A stretch of 64,000 nt of DNA from Phoronis australis (taxonomy: Eukaryota; Animalia; Phoronida): the NCBI GenBank assembly GCA_002633005.1, contig NMRA01000094.1, positions 522,597-586,596 on the forward strand, read 5' to 3'. Made by a program: the position numbers and the translations under genes. This document shows positions 35,884 through 48,220 of the stretch, one piece after another; the first letter of the stretch is position 1, and every line of letters starts with the position of its first letter. Below the pieces are notes generated by a model that ran no database searches, had not been told where the DNA came from, and saw nothing but the letters and a program-made list of their open reading frames with translations.

Positions 35884-37878
35884 ATGAGTAAGAAAAGAAT
35901 AAAAATCCTGGCGTCTGTTGCTGCATCAGTAGCTGCCATCATTGTTTTGGTGGCAGTTCTGACATGGCATTTTACCAAGCAGCCTGGCACTATATACACT
36001 TTCGCTGGTCGAGATCTCGCGGTCACCCTAGATCTAATCGCTGGAACAGTGGCTACGAAAAGACAAGAAAAAAACGTGTTACGGGCCAATATAGGTATCC
36101 GCAACAATGAAACATATGAGATATGTGAGAGCAAAAATTCTGAACTATGCATTAAATGGGAAAAGGGGAAAAAACTTGAGATAAGTTCGATCAAGGATAA
36201 TTGCTATACCATGAACTGGACAATTACGAAATATGGTGAAAAAACTGTTGAGAACTGCTTTTCAATGAGGGAATCCCACTGGTATGGTGGCGCTCAGGTC
36301 TTCTATCAATATTGGCCAATAGAGAAGTGGAGCAGAAAATCGTCTGCTTTTGTGGCGGGCGATTCCTACCAGGGAGAATATGGAGGTGTGTTAGAGCGAT
36401 ATTTCCTGTCGTCGAAAGGAGTTGCCCTGACTGTTGACAAACACGTGCCGTTATTTGTGTCGATAAACGATTCTGGGAACACCAACCTCTGTTTCACGGG
36501 CAACTGGAAGAAACCGTATATTTGGCTCCACGATGATGAGTACCCTGTACCAATCTTATCTTATAAAATATGTGTAAGAGATAACGTTCGTAAAATGCAC
36601 GATTTCGTGATAAAATCTTTTTTCTCGTTACCAACTGATATACCGGACAAGCGTATGTTTCGGCATCCTATTTGGTCAACGTGGGCTCAGTACAAGAAAT
36701 CAATCAACCAGTCAATTGTTCTGGAATTCGCCAACCAGATAGTTTCAAACAACTTCAGTCATTCTCAGATTGAAATAGACGATGATTGGACACCCAAGTA
36801 TGGAGACTTGGAATTCAATACAGCCAAGTTTCCTAATGCTACACAAATGATTGCTGAGCTGAAACAAAAAGGATTTCGAGTCACTGTGTGGTTACATCCT
36901 TTCCAAAATATTGATTCGTCTTCCTTTTACAACGCTTCATTGAGTGGTTATTTAATGAAAGATCCAGGGGGACTCCTTCCTGCTTTGACGTCATGGTGGG
37001 ATGGTTTAGCTGCCGGAATACTGGACGTCACAAACCCTAATGCAACTAAATGGTTCAAGTCAAAACTAAACTTTTTGAAAATTAAACACGGCGTTGATTC
37101 ATTCAAATTCGATGGCGGTGAGACCAACTGGTTACCTGCGGCGACAAAACCTCATAAGTCGTTCAGCACTCCAGAGGATTACGCGAGGAAATACTGCCAG
37201 ATGGCATACGAAGCCGATGACAACAGGCGCATGCAAGAAGTTCGTGTTGGCGCTCCGGGAACGCAGCACTTGCCCATCTTTGTACGTATGATGGATAAAG
37301 ACTCTAACTGGGGGTATAATAATGGCTTAAAAACAGTTATACCTGACGCTCTTACATTTGGTATTCTTGGATTTCCATTTGTTCTGCCAGATATGATTGG
37401 CGGCAATGCTTACAATGGTTCTCTTGAGGGTTTGGCTTACCCGGAAAAGGAACTTTTTATTCGATGGATGCAGGTCAATGCATTCTTGCCATCGTGGCAA
37501 TTTTCAATAGTTCCTTGGCTTTATGACGAGGAAGTAACTCAAATTGCCCATAAAGTCCTAGGCTTGCGCAGCAGATACATTTCAGAAATAATATCTCTTG
37601 CTGAGTATGCCACGAGAACCGGTGCACCGATCATACGACCTCTTTGGTGGAATGCACCAGAAGACGAGTTCGCATTGACGTGCGACGACGAGTTTCTACT
37701 TGGAGACGAAATTCTAGTGGCCCCTGTGGTGGACAAAGGGGCCCGAAAAAGGGATATATATCTCCCAACCGGAACTTGGTTGGATATGTTAAGGAATCGG
37801 ACAATAAGGGGCGGTAAATGGCTGAAAGACTACAAGATTGAACTCGATGAACTATCTTTTTTCGTACTAAAAAAATGA
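35884..37878 (+). CDS. MYORG: Glycoside hydrolase family 31, MYORG (myogenesis-regulating glycosidase)-like type II membrane protein, 664 aa from ATG 35884
   Basis: Intact long ORF with a basic N-terminus and signal-anchor TM (ILASVAASVAAIIVLVAVLTW). GH31/MYORG motifs: HWYGG, GVLERYFLSSKG, PIWSTW, IEIDDDW, nucleophile KFDGGE, RMMDKDSNW, LPDMIGGNAY, PIIRPLWW and LVAPV. A splice acceptor TTTTAG| at 35874 indicates an upstream exon. Confidence 0.93.
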   Translation: MSKKRIKILASVAASVAAIIVLVAVLTWHFTKQPGTIYTFAGRDLAVTLDLIAGTVATKRQEKNVLRANIGIRNNETYEICESKNSELCIKWEKGKKLEISSIKDNCYTMNWTITKYGEKTVENCFSMRESHWYGGAQVFYQYWPIEKWSRKSSAFVAGDSYQGEYGGVLERYFLSSKGVALTVDKHVPLFVSINDSGNTNLCFTGNWKKPYIWLHDDEYPVPILSYKICVRDNVRKMHDFVIKSFFSLPTDIPDKRMFRHPIWSTWAQYKKSINQSIVLEFANQIVSNNFSHSQIEIDDDWTPKYGDLEFNTAKFPNATQMIAELKQKGFRVTVWLHPFQNIDSSSFYNASLSGYLMKDPGGLLPALTSWWDGLAAGILDVTNPNATKWFKSKLNFLKIKHGVDSFKFDGGETNWLPAATKPHKSFSTPEDYARKYCQMAYEADDNRRMQEVRVGAPGTQHLPIFVRMMDKDSNWGYNNGLKTVIPDALTFGILGFPFVLPDMIGGNAYNGSLEGLAYPEKELFIRWMQVNAFLPSWQFSIVPWLYDEEVTQIAHKVLGLRSRYISEIISLAEYATRTGAPIIRPLWWNAPEDEFALTCDDEFLLGDEILVAPVVDKGARKRDIYLPTGTWLDMLRNRTIRGGKWLKDYKIELDELSFFVLKK

Positions 37879-40800
37879 CTGTTAGAGGTTTTTAAACTGA
37901 AACTTTACCAACATGAAGCATATTTCTTGCTTAGTTTTAACTCCAGCTGATAGCGGTTTCCAAATCCAGATATCAATTTAGTCCAGTGTTAAAAGTGCAT
38001 TTCGCCTTGTTAAGCAAACTTTTAAACATATTTAGAATTTTTGACCGAGGAGTTAAAATCAATTGCTGATCTGTGATCTGATCTCACGGAAAATGGTCAT
38101 TGCTGTGTCACGTGTCTGGCCTGTTTATGAATGTGAGTCTCTCCGCGTCCTATTCGAATTTCAGGGTTCGTGTGCCCAAATAATATCTATGAAATGTCGA
38201 CAGATATTTGACGAATGGTTAACTAGACACATTAAATAAGAAGCGATTTCGCACCTTAGTAATGCTGCAGCATCACGGAGACTTGCTCGGGATCCGCCTT
38301 ACTGGTCCGTTATCAGTCGCATTGTTTTGCTGTCACTTTATTTAAGTTTTTTATACATGTTTCGAGTGAACGACAACGTTAAACCGAGCCGGAGATTCTA
38401 CGTGCGTTGTAAACTGGCAAAAACACCACAGCATGACAGTGAAGCAGATATGTAACTTGTTATTTAGAGCACTGGTGCGGAATAGCGCGCTTACCTGTCA
38501 ATGGAGCGACGGTAATTTTAACATTTTCTTATGAATATTGAGATAAGTCCAGTGTGAAAATTGAGGAAAATAAATAGACTTCTCTGCTTTAAAAGTTCAG
38601 TTTGTAAACGAATTGGGGCCAGATAAACTAAAGATGACATGAGAATAATACGCTCTTGCAGTATTTGATCATATTAACGGAATTAAATCATTACAATATT
38701 TGTGTCTGAAAAAGTCCTTGTAAAGAAGTACTGGTTTGGAAAACACGCTGCTAGTAAGTACACGCTGATCATCCAGTACTCAACAATCAGTGCACTCGAA
38801 TTCGAGATTTTTCAACACTGCCAAGTTCTAACTCAGGGATCTACAGAGGTCGCCTTATTCGGCGCAATTTTTGTTGCTGTCATAGAGAAATGCTAATTTA
38901 AAGTACATACTAGATTGATGTCTGCCAATGGTCCTGGTTTTACCTTGGTCTGCTTTCATTTTAGCTTTCGGAGGCCTTGATTTGTAAGGATAGACTTAGC
39001 TGACAATTCCAGCGGACATTTATTGAAATGAGGAGCCTGAGCTGGAAGTGATTCTTATTTTTGTTCCCCGGCAATTGACAGCCACTGCAAAACTTTTATT
39101 CTTGCTCCGGCCAAATCCGTATACCTGTTTCTGTTACATCCTTCGGAAACCTCCACCGGACACCTTGCTCAATTGATCTCACAACATAGTAACGCTACCT
39201 AGTGGCTATTTACTTTAGTCGCAGTCATCAACATGGCGTAAAATGTTGAAACTGGTGTGTGTAAAAATAGCTACGAGATACTGTTACAATGTTTTCTCAC
39301 GGTCTTTGATTAGGTAAAGGTAGCAGTAATGGACATAGTAGGTCCATGTTTCAAAATTATCTAACATAGCTTTGGTAGAAAGATAAAAATGAGTAAAATT
39401 GGTTTGTGTTTCAGTGGCTTTTTAGCAAATATGAGATGACACAACGGTGTAACAACTCCATCCAAATTGTAGTTTTGCCGTGGTGTGAAGCCATGATATG
39501 TTGTTTTAAAAGGTCGATTGTTTTGCTAATAACGCCCTTTTCACTATTAAACTTACTTGCATATCGTAAATTTATCGACAACATAACACCAAGCTATAGT
39601 AGGTCACACTCAATCAATCACGAACTTGTTCTAAAATGAAAATGACATAACAGTTGATAAGGTTTTATATGGGCCAATACTCAAGCCGAAATAACCACTG
39701 CATGTCAAGATATTTTGCAGAATACCAGTGAGTGACTGTGTTATCGTGTTGTTCAATGATCACATTTAATGAAGACTAGACTTTCTGCACTGCTACGTTA
39801 ATTGAAAATGAGATGAACTGATGTTTGTAGGTTTTGCTTTCATTAGGGCAGTACAAAAATGATGTCATGGTAAATTAGTAGTAATTATTACTGATGGTGA
39901 ACATTCAACCTGAATAGTGCAAAGAAAACACTCCATCTTTTGCCAACAATTATCGATCGTCAATTTTACAAGAGTGAAAAGTTCTCGCCTCCATTGCGTG
40001 CATCACTTGACTTCGTTTGCTAGTCGCAAGGGTAGCAAGCGAAAATACATAATTGCGAAAAAATCGATGTAGTTCAGCTACAGAAAGCTCCGCCGCATTC
40101 AACGGACGTGGCACTGAGCCGTGACATTGCGTGGTCAAAGCAGGTTTTACAAAAACAGCACGTGTAAGCTTCAAAATACGAAGTAGAGTGATATACGTTT
40201 AGCTTAGCGGTGATCAGCGTACAGCATTGTGCAAGTTTGCCACTAAAATTTTAAAACCGGAGAATCAGAGTTTTGTAGCAAGCGTAAGACAAAGGTCAGT
40301 GTGAACCTTGTTGGTCGTATCCGCAGTATAACTGGTAAGTAAAATTTAATTCCTTTGATGAGGAAACCCAAGATATCGGATTGTGAAATTTGGTGACATT
40401 GTTGACGAAAGTATTATTCATGTAAGATGCCATGCTGTTCGCGAGGACAAGCGGCAGTGGTAGGCAAAGTGCCCTAATTCCCCAGTCGTGACATAATATG
40501 TAGAACTTACAAATATTGCTGTGATGTGCGGCTATCGAAGACAATAAGTTTACATTATGCCTCAGTTTCAAGGCCGTCTAAACACAGGAACAATTAAGTT
40601 TCTTCTAATACACACTGTCAAAATGTCTGAAATACGACACCACAGAATACGGTCTCCTATTCGTGCTACAAAATTAATTTGTCTTGGGACACATTTCGCG
40701 TCCACACTGCTAGTAGGAATCTGAGTTCACGCACAATGCGCCCTCTAATTGAACCGTGGAGTACTCGACACGGTTCTGAGCCGCTGCGGCAGAGACTTGT

Positions 40801-41535
40801 GGCAGGGGGCCGGGGGGGGGGGGGGGNAGCGCAAAATCACAGAGTGTGGATGCTATATCACACAATTTACTTCTTCATTCTGAATATATAAAACTTTCAT
40901 TTCCGTTGCGTTGCCTGTGTGCGATTTTTACAGTGGTCTTACGACGCATTAGCCTGTGGAAAACCTGGAATATTTTCGTGTTTCGCAATCTCTAATTCGT
41001 CGCACGGCAACTAAAACCACGCTCCCTGTCATGAATGTCGTTCATTCCTAGTGCTTTGTAGATCCGAAACTCGACCTTGAACTGCTACGTACGGCGAGGT
41101 CGAAAAATCAGAAGCTGTTCATCAGGATTTAGATATGCCGTAGAGAGCAGGAGAAATTTCCCACCGGATTCGGGAAAAATTACGGAAAATTCAGGCTAAT
41201 CGAAGAAAAAATGGACAGCGACAATCCAATGAAAAATACGGGAGATATTATAGATACAATATGTTACGGCACCGACACAGCGAGGGATGATAACCGGTGG
41301 GTCATGTTGTTGGTGAAAAAATGGAAAAGGGTGGCGATGAGCCGGATGGAACACATATAGTTTCACAAATCGAGACCACAAGAGATAGATAAACTTGAAA
41401 ATGTTGGAAAACAATTTAAGTTCGGTATGCAACAGACCAAAAATTATGTCGTCTAGACTGGAAGCAAAATATTTCGACCTGCTTCATCATATCTCACAAT
41501 ACTTATTGGACTTTTAGGCCCGATGACCTGAAAAC

Positions 41536-42521
41536 ATGTTTAAGAAAATGTCTGGTCTGGAGAACAAGAAACTAAAACGGCTCAGAGACCAAGAAATCAA
41601 ACAACTATGGTATTTTATAAAAACTTTCCTTAAAAGTAGCAACAGCGAAGCAGAAGCAGGTTCATCTATCCTATGCCCAGGATTGGAAGCAAGCGACCGA
41701 CTGCTTCAAATATCAGATGCATCAAATTGTAAGCCTATCAAGGACCTGTCTCTCAGTGCTAACAATTAAGTCATTCGGTGTATTTGCATAATCGACAAAC
41801 ATACGTCAAATGCATGCCTTTAATCATTTTCGTTCCAGTTTGAAACTGTAAATGTTCTAAGCATCGTTGCGCGTACGTGTAACTAAACTGACTGTGAATT
41901 ATAGGCCTACTTTGAAGAAATACGAGACATGTTGACAATGAATATAGAGCCTACCTGCAGAAACTTCTAATGTAGACCAAGGAGTAGAATCGAATCAGGT
42001 TCTACTTGTAACTTCAAATGCATTCACTTGCGAAACTAAGAGCATGCTCCATTATGACAAAACAGGTGAAACGGTTAATACACGTGCACATACAGATTAG
42101 CAAAACGTCACAGGCAACACAGCCATGTGACTGGAACAGAAGCTTCTCGTTCTCGATTAAAGCGTTAGATCCAGTTAATCTCGTCGGTCACGCAATATTT
42201 CTAGTGCGGAGAATTACGATTTTGGAAACGGGGCCGTGCCTGACAGGAGAAACACTCGTGTGTTCCTGAAAAAGGTGATTGGACAAAAACAGCATTACTG
42301 CTCCTGACAGGTGTCATTTTTCGCTGTTTGACACGTTCTCCGTGTTTTTTTTTTATTATACTTCAGGAATCAAGGAAAGTGCTTGATTTTTAGAGGAAAA
42401 AACAGAAAAATTTCCCGACCTCCCCCCATTCGGTGCTATGCGCATCTACAATCGTGGTTTGCACAAATGCTTACAGGAGAAATGTTGGGCCCTCCCTTGT
42501 GATATCCTAGATCCGCCACTG
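41536..42521 (+). mobile_element. Possible hAT-family relic ending in ...CTAGATCCGCCACTG
   Basis: The terminus 42410-42521 is shared (inverted) with 27416. The short basic ORF MFKKMSGLENKKLKRLRD resembles N-termini of hAT/ZMYM-like transposases; this part is weak. Confidence 0.4.
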
Positions 42522-43242
42522 TCATAATTGCAAATTCTATTTGTGCCTAGTGCTACTGGTATCAGGCACCACAGGTTAATTGTACTGATATTTGCACTCA
42601 TGTTTTTTATTTCTTAGTGAAATAACTCTGCATGTTGTTAGCATGATGAATTTGTATAATTCATGCAATTAGTGGCCACCATTATTTAAAATATTTCGAT
42701 ACTTATACCCACGTTTTTTGTTTCTTAAAGAAAGCAGTCGACTGTAGCACAACCTATCATATTTAAATAGCATCTTCTCTGCTTATCATAGATTTGTTTG
42801 CGGAAAAGTTTTCCTCTGAAGTTACTTGTCATAAAGATCTACATATGAAAGTGTTCGTTTATTTTGGTCAGAGTCCACTCCACTGCGCATGCTCAATGTA
42901 TCTTCGCTGCAAATGAGAAGAGGCTGCTGTATCTCAGCCCATTCGTTACTTGGACTAGAACTTGAAATTTTAGACTCACAAACAAGAAACCTTGATAATG
43001 ATGCTTGTGGTGTTGTTCAACAGCTGCTGGCCAATCAGAGAACGACCACGTGACCCATGTAACACGTTTCCATCTATTACGATTTTTTAACATTTACATT
43101 TAACAGGCGTTTCTACAGTACAAATAGTGCGATTTAAAGTAAAATTTGGGAAATAAACAGCGCACTTTCACACTTGGCTGATTGTAATATGAAACTTCAG
43201 AACTCTCTTATATTTTGGCTACTTGGTTCACTTTCCATATAA

Positions 43243-43292
43243 CTCGAACCTGGGTCCCGGGTTCGAGTCCCGGTCCAGGGGCAGAAATCTTT
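43243..43292 (+). mobile_element. tRNA-derived SINE-like head fragment
   Basis: B-box GGGTTCGAGTCCC within a T-arm-like stem (CCGGGTTCGAGTCCCGG). No complete cloverleaf. Confidence 0.5.
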
Positions 43293-43411
43293 TCAGACTT
43301 TTATTCATTAGATCACGTGATGTGGCCACAGGTGGTCTGCTGACCAGATTTAAAAATGTTTGTGATCTATATTTCCACGCCGAATTAAAATTTACATATT
43401 CATATGCACAA

Positions 43412-43579
43412 GGACGATCACAGTATTGATTAGAGTAGGTGGACGATCGCAGTGCTGAGTAGAGTACGTGGACGATCGCAGTGCTGAGTAGAGTACGTGG
43501 ACGATCGCAGTGCTGAGTAGAGTACGTGGACGATCGCAGTGCTGAGTAGAGTACGTGGACGATCGCAGTGTTGAGTAGA
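43412..43579. repeat. 29-bp minisatellite, about 6 copies
   Basis: Unit GAGTAGAGTACGTGGACGATCGCAGTGCT repeated head-to-tail without spacers. Confidence 0.95.
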
Positions 43580-46004
43580 AACTTATTTTAGAAAGTTTTA
43601 TTGTATTGTATTATATTGCATTAATGCTATTTGAATGGTAAGATTAAAAAGCACCACAGTATTGAGTACTGTTTTAGAGGCATTATATTAAATCACATTA
43701 AATTTGTATTACATTGCACAACATTACATTAATGCTATCAAAATTATGAGTTCTTGCAATCTGGTACTTTGAAGTTAAGTAGCAATTTCTGATAGAACCT
43801 ATAGAATCAAAAAAATCTACATCGCCCGTCACAGAATTGGCTGAAATTTTAGCAGTGGGTTTGTATCCGCTCCAAACGTCACACCAGCCACTATAATACA
43901 CTCAATGACCTCTCCGTCTATTTTTAATACACCCTGATTTTTTTACTTGAAACATGCAAAAATTTTAGCTTAAAAATGCCCTCTTTTACCAGCAAGACTA
44001 ATTCGTGTAGATTAGGGACTGATATTCGATACCGTCTAGGCATGTATACTCCTAATCCCCCAGTCCAAATACATACTTTTCAAAGAAATGAAATTAACCC
44101 CTTCGTGGGGGCACCCGTTTTGTTGTACAACTTAATCTATCTAAGTACCCAAACTCAAACTAAGTTATTGATAAGGATATAGCAAACTGTAACAAAATGA
44201 AAATTATAGACGATGAATAAAAGTTACAACAATACAGGTCAAAGGTCTGGTCTTCTTTTGATTTCATGCATAGAAATTGAACTGAAAATGCACATTTTTG
44301 GTTGGTGTCAAGCTATTTCTGTAATTGTTCAGTAATTTATTCACAAAACATACCGAGAGAAGTGTAGATGAAGTAATATACCACGAGACATTATTCCGCG
44401 TATCGACCGAAACCGAAGTTTTGTGTTTATCCCATACGCTTCGAATTCTAAAGTTTTTCTTTATTTTTTAAATACTTCACCGAGACTGTTCACGTGGCGG
44501 ATCACATCTTTTATACCACAATATTAGCGTCGAATGGCAGATACAAACGTGTAATAAACCATTTAGTTATCTAACTAATGAGATATCATTTTGGCGGGAG
44601 ACCGAGGCCGGTTTCGTGCCCGGGCCTCCAAAGTTTCGAGTCGCCGACTTTACCACTATAAACACTCAGCGGCTGACGTCATCGAACGTGAAAATATAAT
44701 ACTTAAAATAGAATACAACAATCGCAATCAGCAAAGGGTACTGTACCGACATTTATACGCTATGAAAATAAGACGCATAATTTCCATAAAAACGATTCTT
44801 TCGTTCAGTGAAAATTTTCTCTCGTGTTCTCTCACTTGTAAATCACCGATCTCCAATTTGAATGCGGGTATCGTGTTGTCGGGACCCATTGACTTGAGAA
44901 TTACACTCAGTTACTATTGGTAACCTACTTTAGCAGACTATATTTTCCCGGTCGAAGCTTAGCGTGATAAAATGTGTAGTAAGCTATAATACTTCCTAAA
45001 CCTTAATTTATAGATTCACTAACGCCCCTCGGGCGATAATTCTCCAAAATCCACTCAGGCTCTAGATAACGGGGGATAACGACTTCGCCAAGTAATAATC
45101 TATATTTATCCCATACGCGTTGAATCTGTCGAGGGAAATACGGCCATGTAATAAAGTTTTCCGTATTCACCTCCCGCAATACTTCAACAGTGACCTCTGA
45201 CATGGAAAGTTCAAAGCACTGCCTGTTGAGAATTCGACATGCCAGAAACGCCGGTGTAAAAAAATTTCCCGAGGAAAATTGAGTGATACCTGCGTGCTGG
45301 CTACTGACCACCTAGCGGCACGCAGGGAACCAGCGAGCCAATGGCCCGGCCTGTTCTACGTACTAAACTTAGGGAGAGAGTACGTTAACGTGAATGGACA
45401 TAATTTCTCATTTTTATTATTTGCTTTCTGTTGTATTCTGGCTTAAAATATATTCCATCTAACCTTGAGATACTTTTTAGTTAACAATTTGTTTTTTTTT
45501 TCAAACTGTATTTACTGACGAAACTACATATTCGTCGGTTCTTTGCTCTCCCCCCAACGAAGCTTGGATGTGTCATTCACTGAAGAGCAGACGAGAGCAT
45601 TTACGATCTACCTGTAATGTGAGTGAGCCAGTTATTGAATATGAACTAATCCTGGCCAGAGTGGGTTTGTTTGGTACATTGCCCGTTGCACGGATGCACA
45701 ATATTGTTCACTTCTTTGGGTGAAATAAATGCTATTTTTGACATTGACAGACACGTGTGATCTTTTGAGGGAAACTGCATTTGATGACATGGCAAGGCAG
45801 TGGGTATCTGCCTCGAACGCATTTGAATGACACTTCCATCGGCTTCTAAGAGCTCCCACAAAGCATTTTCTTAGTTTTTGAGGTTTCATTTAGCTAATAT
45901 GAAATGACAATAAGCACTTTTTTATGTTAAATGGTCGCTTTTTAAATTTTGAAGACAAATAAGTTTATGGGTGGAAGACGTTTGGTCATTGACAATCAGT
46001 TGCA

Positions 46005-47670
46005 ATGGCGGAACACAGCAGATCGGAAGACGAGGACGATTTTGAGCGAGAACTAGACAATTATTATGCAGACACAGAAGAGAGAGGATACGGGCATCAC
46101 ACAAGTACTTGGAGAATCAGACAACGAATTCGATTTCCCACTTAGAGAACTTCACGCGTCTTTGGGGCCGCTTGAACTCGAGGTACTTCTTGCACGAGAA
46201 ATGCTGCAGATATATGTGAGTCACAACCAACTGAACCAAGGGTGGTCAATTTTCACAAAGGCCACAGTAAACCTGGGTCACTCTTATTCACAATTGCCAT
46301 GATGGAAATTATACATTTGTCACGGAAGGTCACGACATCAATAACTCCGCACTTATTCGTAACCTTCCGTAGTAAACCGGCAATTGCCGTCCATCTGTAA
46401 CTCAGTGGATAATTCCGTACCGGCACATTGACTTTTTGGGAAGAATTTTGTGCCTTGACCGCAAATTCGTTACGAACTCGCTGGAGCAAGACACCGTAAA
46501 TGCTATCAGAAGAAAGAACAATTGCCCATGGTTTGTTGAACCTCTGTCTTGTGTAAATTTATTAAGTTATGTGTTTGATATGGACGGCTGAAGTGAAGCA
46601 CCCATGGGATTCCTAGTCCCGAGTGTCGTGGCTTGTAGTATATATAACGTATTGGATTGGAGACGATCAGAAGCTGAGGACGCCTGTGCAAAAACGCACC
46701 TTTTCATGTCTGAAAATGGCCGTGAGTATTTGAATTTGTAGCAAGCGCCACCTAGTGACGTCCTGGCGAACTGTGTGTACAAGTATAATCAGGAAATAAA
46801 CAATTTGTAAATAAACTGTGATTTTACAGAAAACACCACAACTGATACACTTAAAAACAAGTGTGAGCTTATATAAAACCCTAGAAATTCCAAATATTAC
46901 GTAATCGTAATTTGATAGTGAATTAAACAAATAATAAAAATTGTGCCTTGTTTCGCGTCGTCCTAAGAAATGTGGACGAGAAGCGTGTGCAAATACCTAG
47001 AATTTGCACTACCAGAGACGCAAGATGGCATGATGTTGCATATTGTTCAAGGTGACGACAAAATGGAATTACATACCTTCTTTGTTCTCTTGGCCGGCAT
47101 CGGGTCTTCGTCCGCCAGGATAAAATATTACTGTACTCATATACATAAAAATAGTCTTTCAAAACGAGACTTTCGCGAGATTGTAAAAGTAATTGGTTCT
47201 CGGATGGTTTCCGGTACACTAGAGGGCCCCAGATTGTTTGTAAATTAGTACTTTATTTGCATATTCAAAATTTATTGAGACTTTGCATCTTTAAGACGAG
47301 CTAAAAATCAAATGCAATCAGATCTTTGATCAGCACGCCGGTGGACAGCTGGAGCGTCGTACCCAAGGCTGAAAACTTCCATGGCCGGATTGCGTCTCAT
47401 TACATGAAATGGGAAACCAGAACCATACATACTTTGGACCACTAAATCCAATGTTTGTGTCCTTTTAGCCATTGAAAAAACGTCGTAAAGTGTAGCACTG
47501 GCAAGTGGCGCACGGGCACAACACTCTCTCTTCTCTGCAGTGAGCTTTTTGCAAGAGAAACGCCGCGTAGGCTGGGATGGTTTTTTGACATGGATTTATT
47601 ATGGTAAAATACCGTAGCGCTTCATGAACAAGACGTAACATTTTAGTGTGTTTGTGTGTGCAGCACTACA
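46005..47670 (+). mobile_element. Highly decayed piggyBac-like transposase relic
   Basis: Acidic N-terminus MAEHSRSEDEDDFERELD; YWIGDDQKLRTP (compare the piggyBac YW..D....TP motif); TTKW/FFVLLAGIG..ARIKY...LSKRDFREIV (compare KW...FF.LLD....NA.ILY...LS...FR). A decayed Cys-rich end lies near 47500-47670. Heavily frameshifted, and I found no TIRs. Confidence 0.45.
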
Positions 47671-47837
47671 AAATTAACGGGAAAATGCGTAAAAAGCGCG
47701 TTGGTTGACATGTACGGTAACCCTCCGCAAGTACTACGAGGACCACGCAAGAGGCCGGTTCCGCGTAGTCCAGCCCGACCTCCAATCCCGGTGGCGGTCC
47801 AAAAATTCGGATGAAAATAACTTGTTAACGCTTGACA

Positions 47838-48220
47838 TGTTGTACTTAAGCAGATGACGGTGTGAACCTGACTAACCTGTGTTGTATAGTAGTTTTGTGT
47901 TTTGGAGTTGTATCCCCTGTATGCATTTGTCTCCCCGGCTCACTTACTACTGCCTCCCGTTCAGTAACGCTAGGACCTCGCTAAAAAGCAAGACTTCGCG
48001 AGATTACGTGAGATATTGCCGTGCATTTTAAATGAGAGCACGTGACTTTGACTAGGTTTTAGCTAGGTCCTAGCATAGGTCCTAGCGTCTACTGAACGCA
48101 CGCCTGGTTTATTACCCAAGATGCATTTGTTGTTCCTGTCTGTCTGTTCTGTTCCTTGCCACGTTGTATTCAATAAAGTCTCTGAATTCGAGCTCTCGAC
48201 TATATCAGAAATCTACAACC
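47838..48220 (+). mobile_element. Candidate solo LTR interrupted by a MITE
   Basis: Begins TGTTGTA and ends TACAAC(C), with AATAAA about 45 bp before the end. No clear TSD. Confidence 0.45.
47950..48110. mobile_element. ~160-bp MITE, copy 2
   Basis: Near-identical to 30743-30903. Confidence 0.85.

Noticed and set aside
27416-42521. Inward-facing CAGTGGCGGATCTAG termini that might define a 15-kb transposon capturing the GH31 gene
   Set aside because: The flanks do not form a TSD (TTCAAATA versus TCATAATT). The two ~110-bp matches are diverged and are more simply the same end of two independent insertions in opposite orientation.
43412-43579. 29-bp repeats as a CRISPR array (also the 27-bp and 22-bp arrays at 52.8-53.3 kb)
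   Set aside because: The units are head-to-tail with no unique spacers, there are no cas genes, and the context is eukaryotic.
38000-45900. Numerous 60-110 aa ORFs downstream of the GH31 gene and elsewhere
   Set aside because: They have no recognisable domains or consistent splice-phase chains, and their length and number are as expected by chance.
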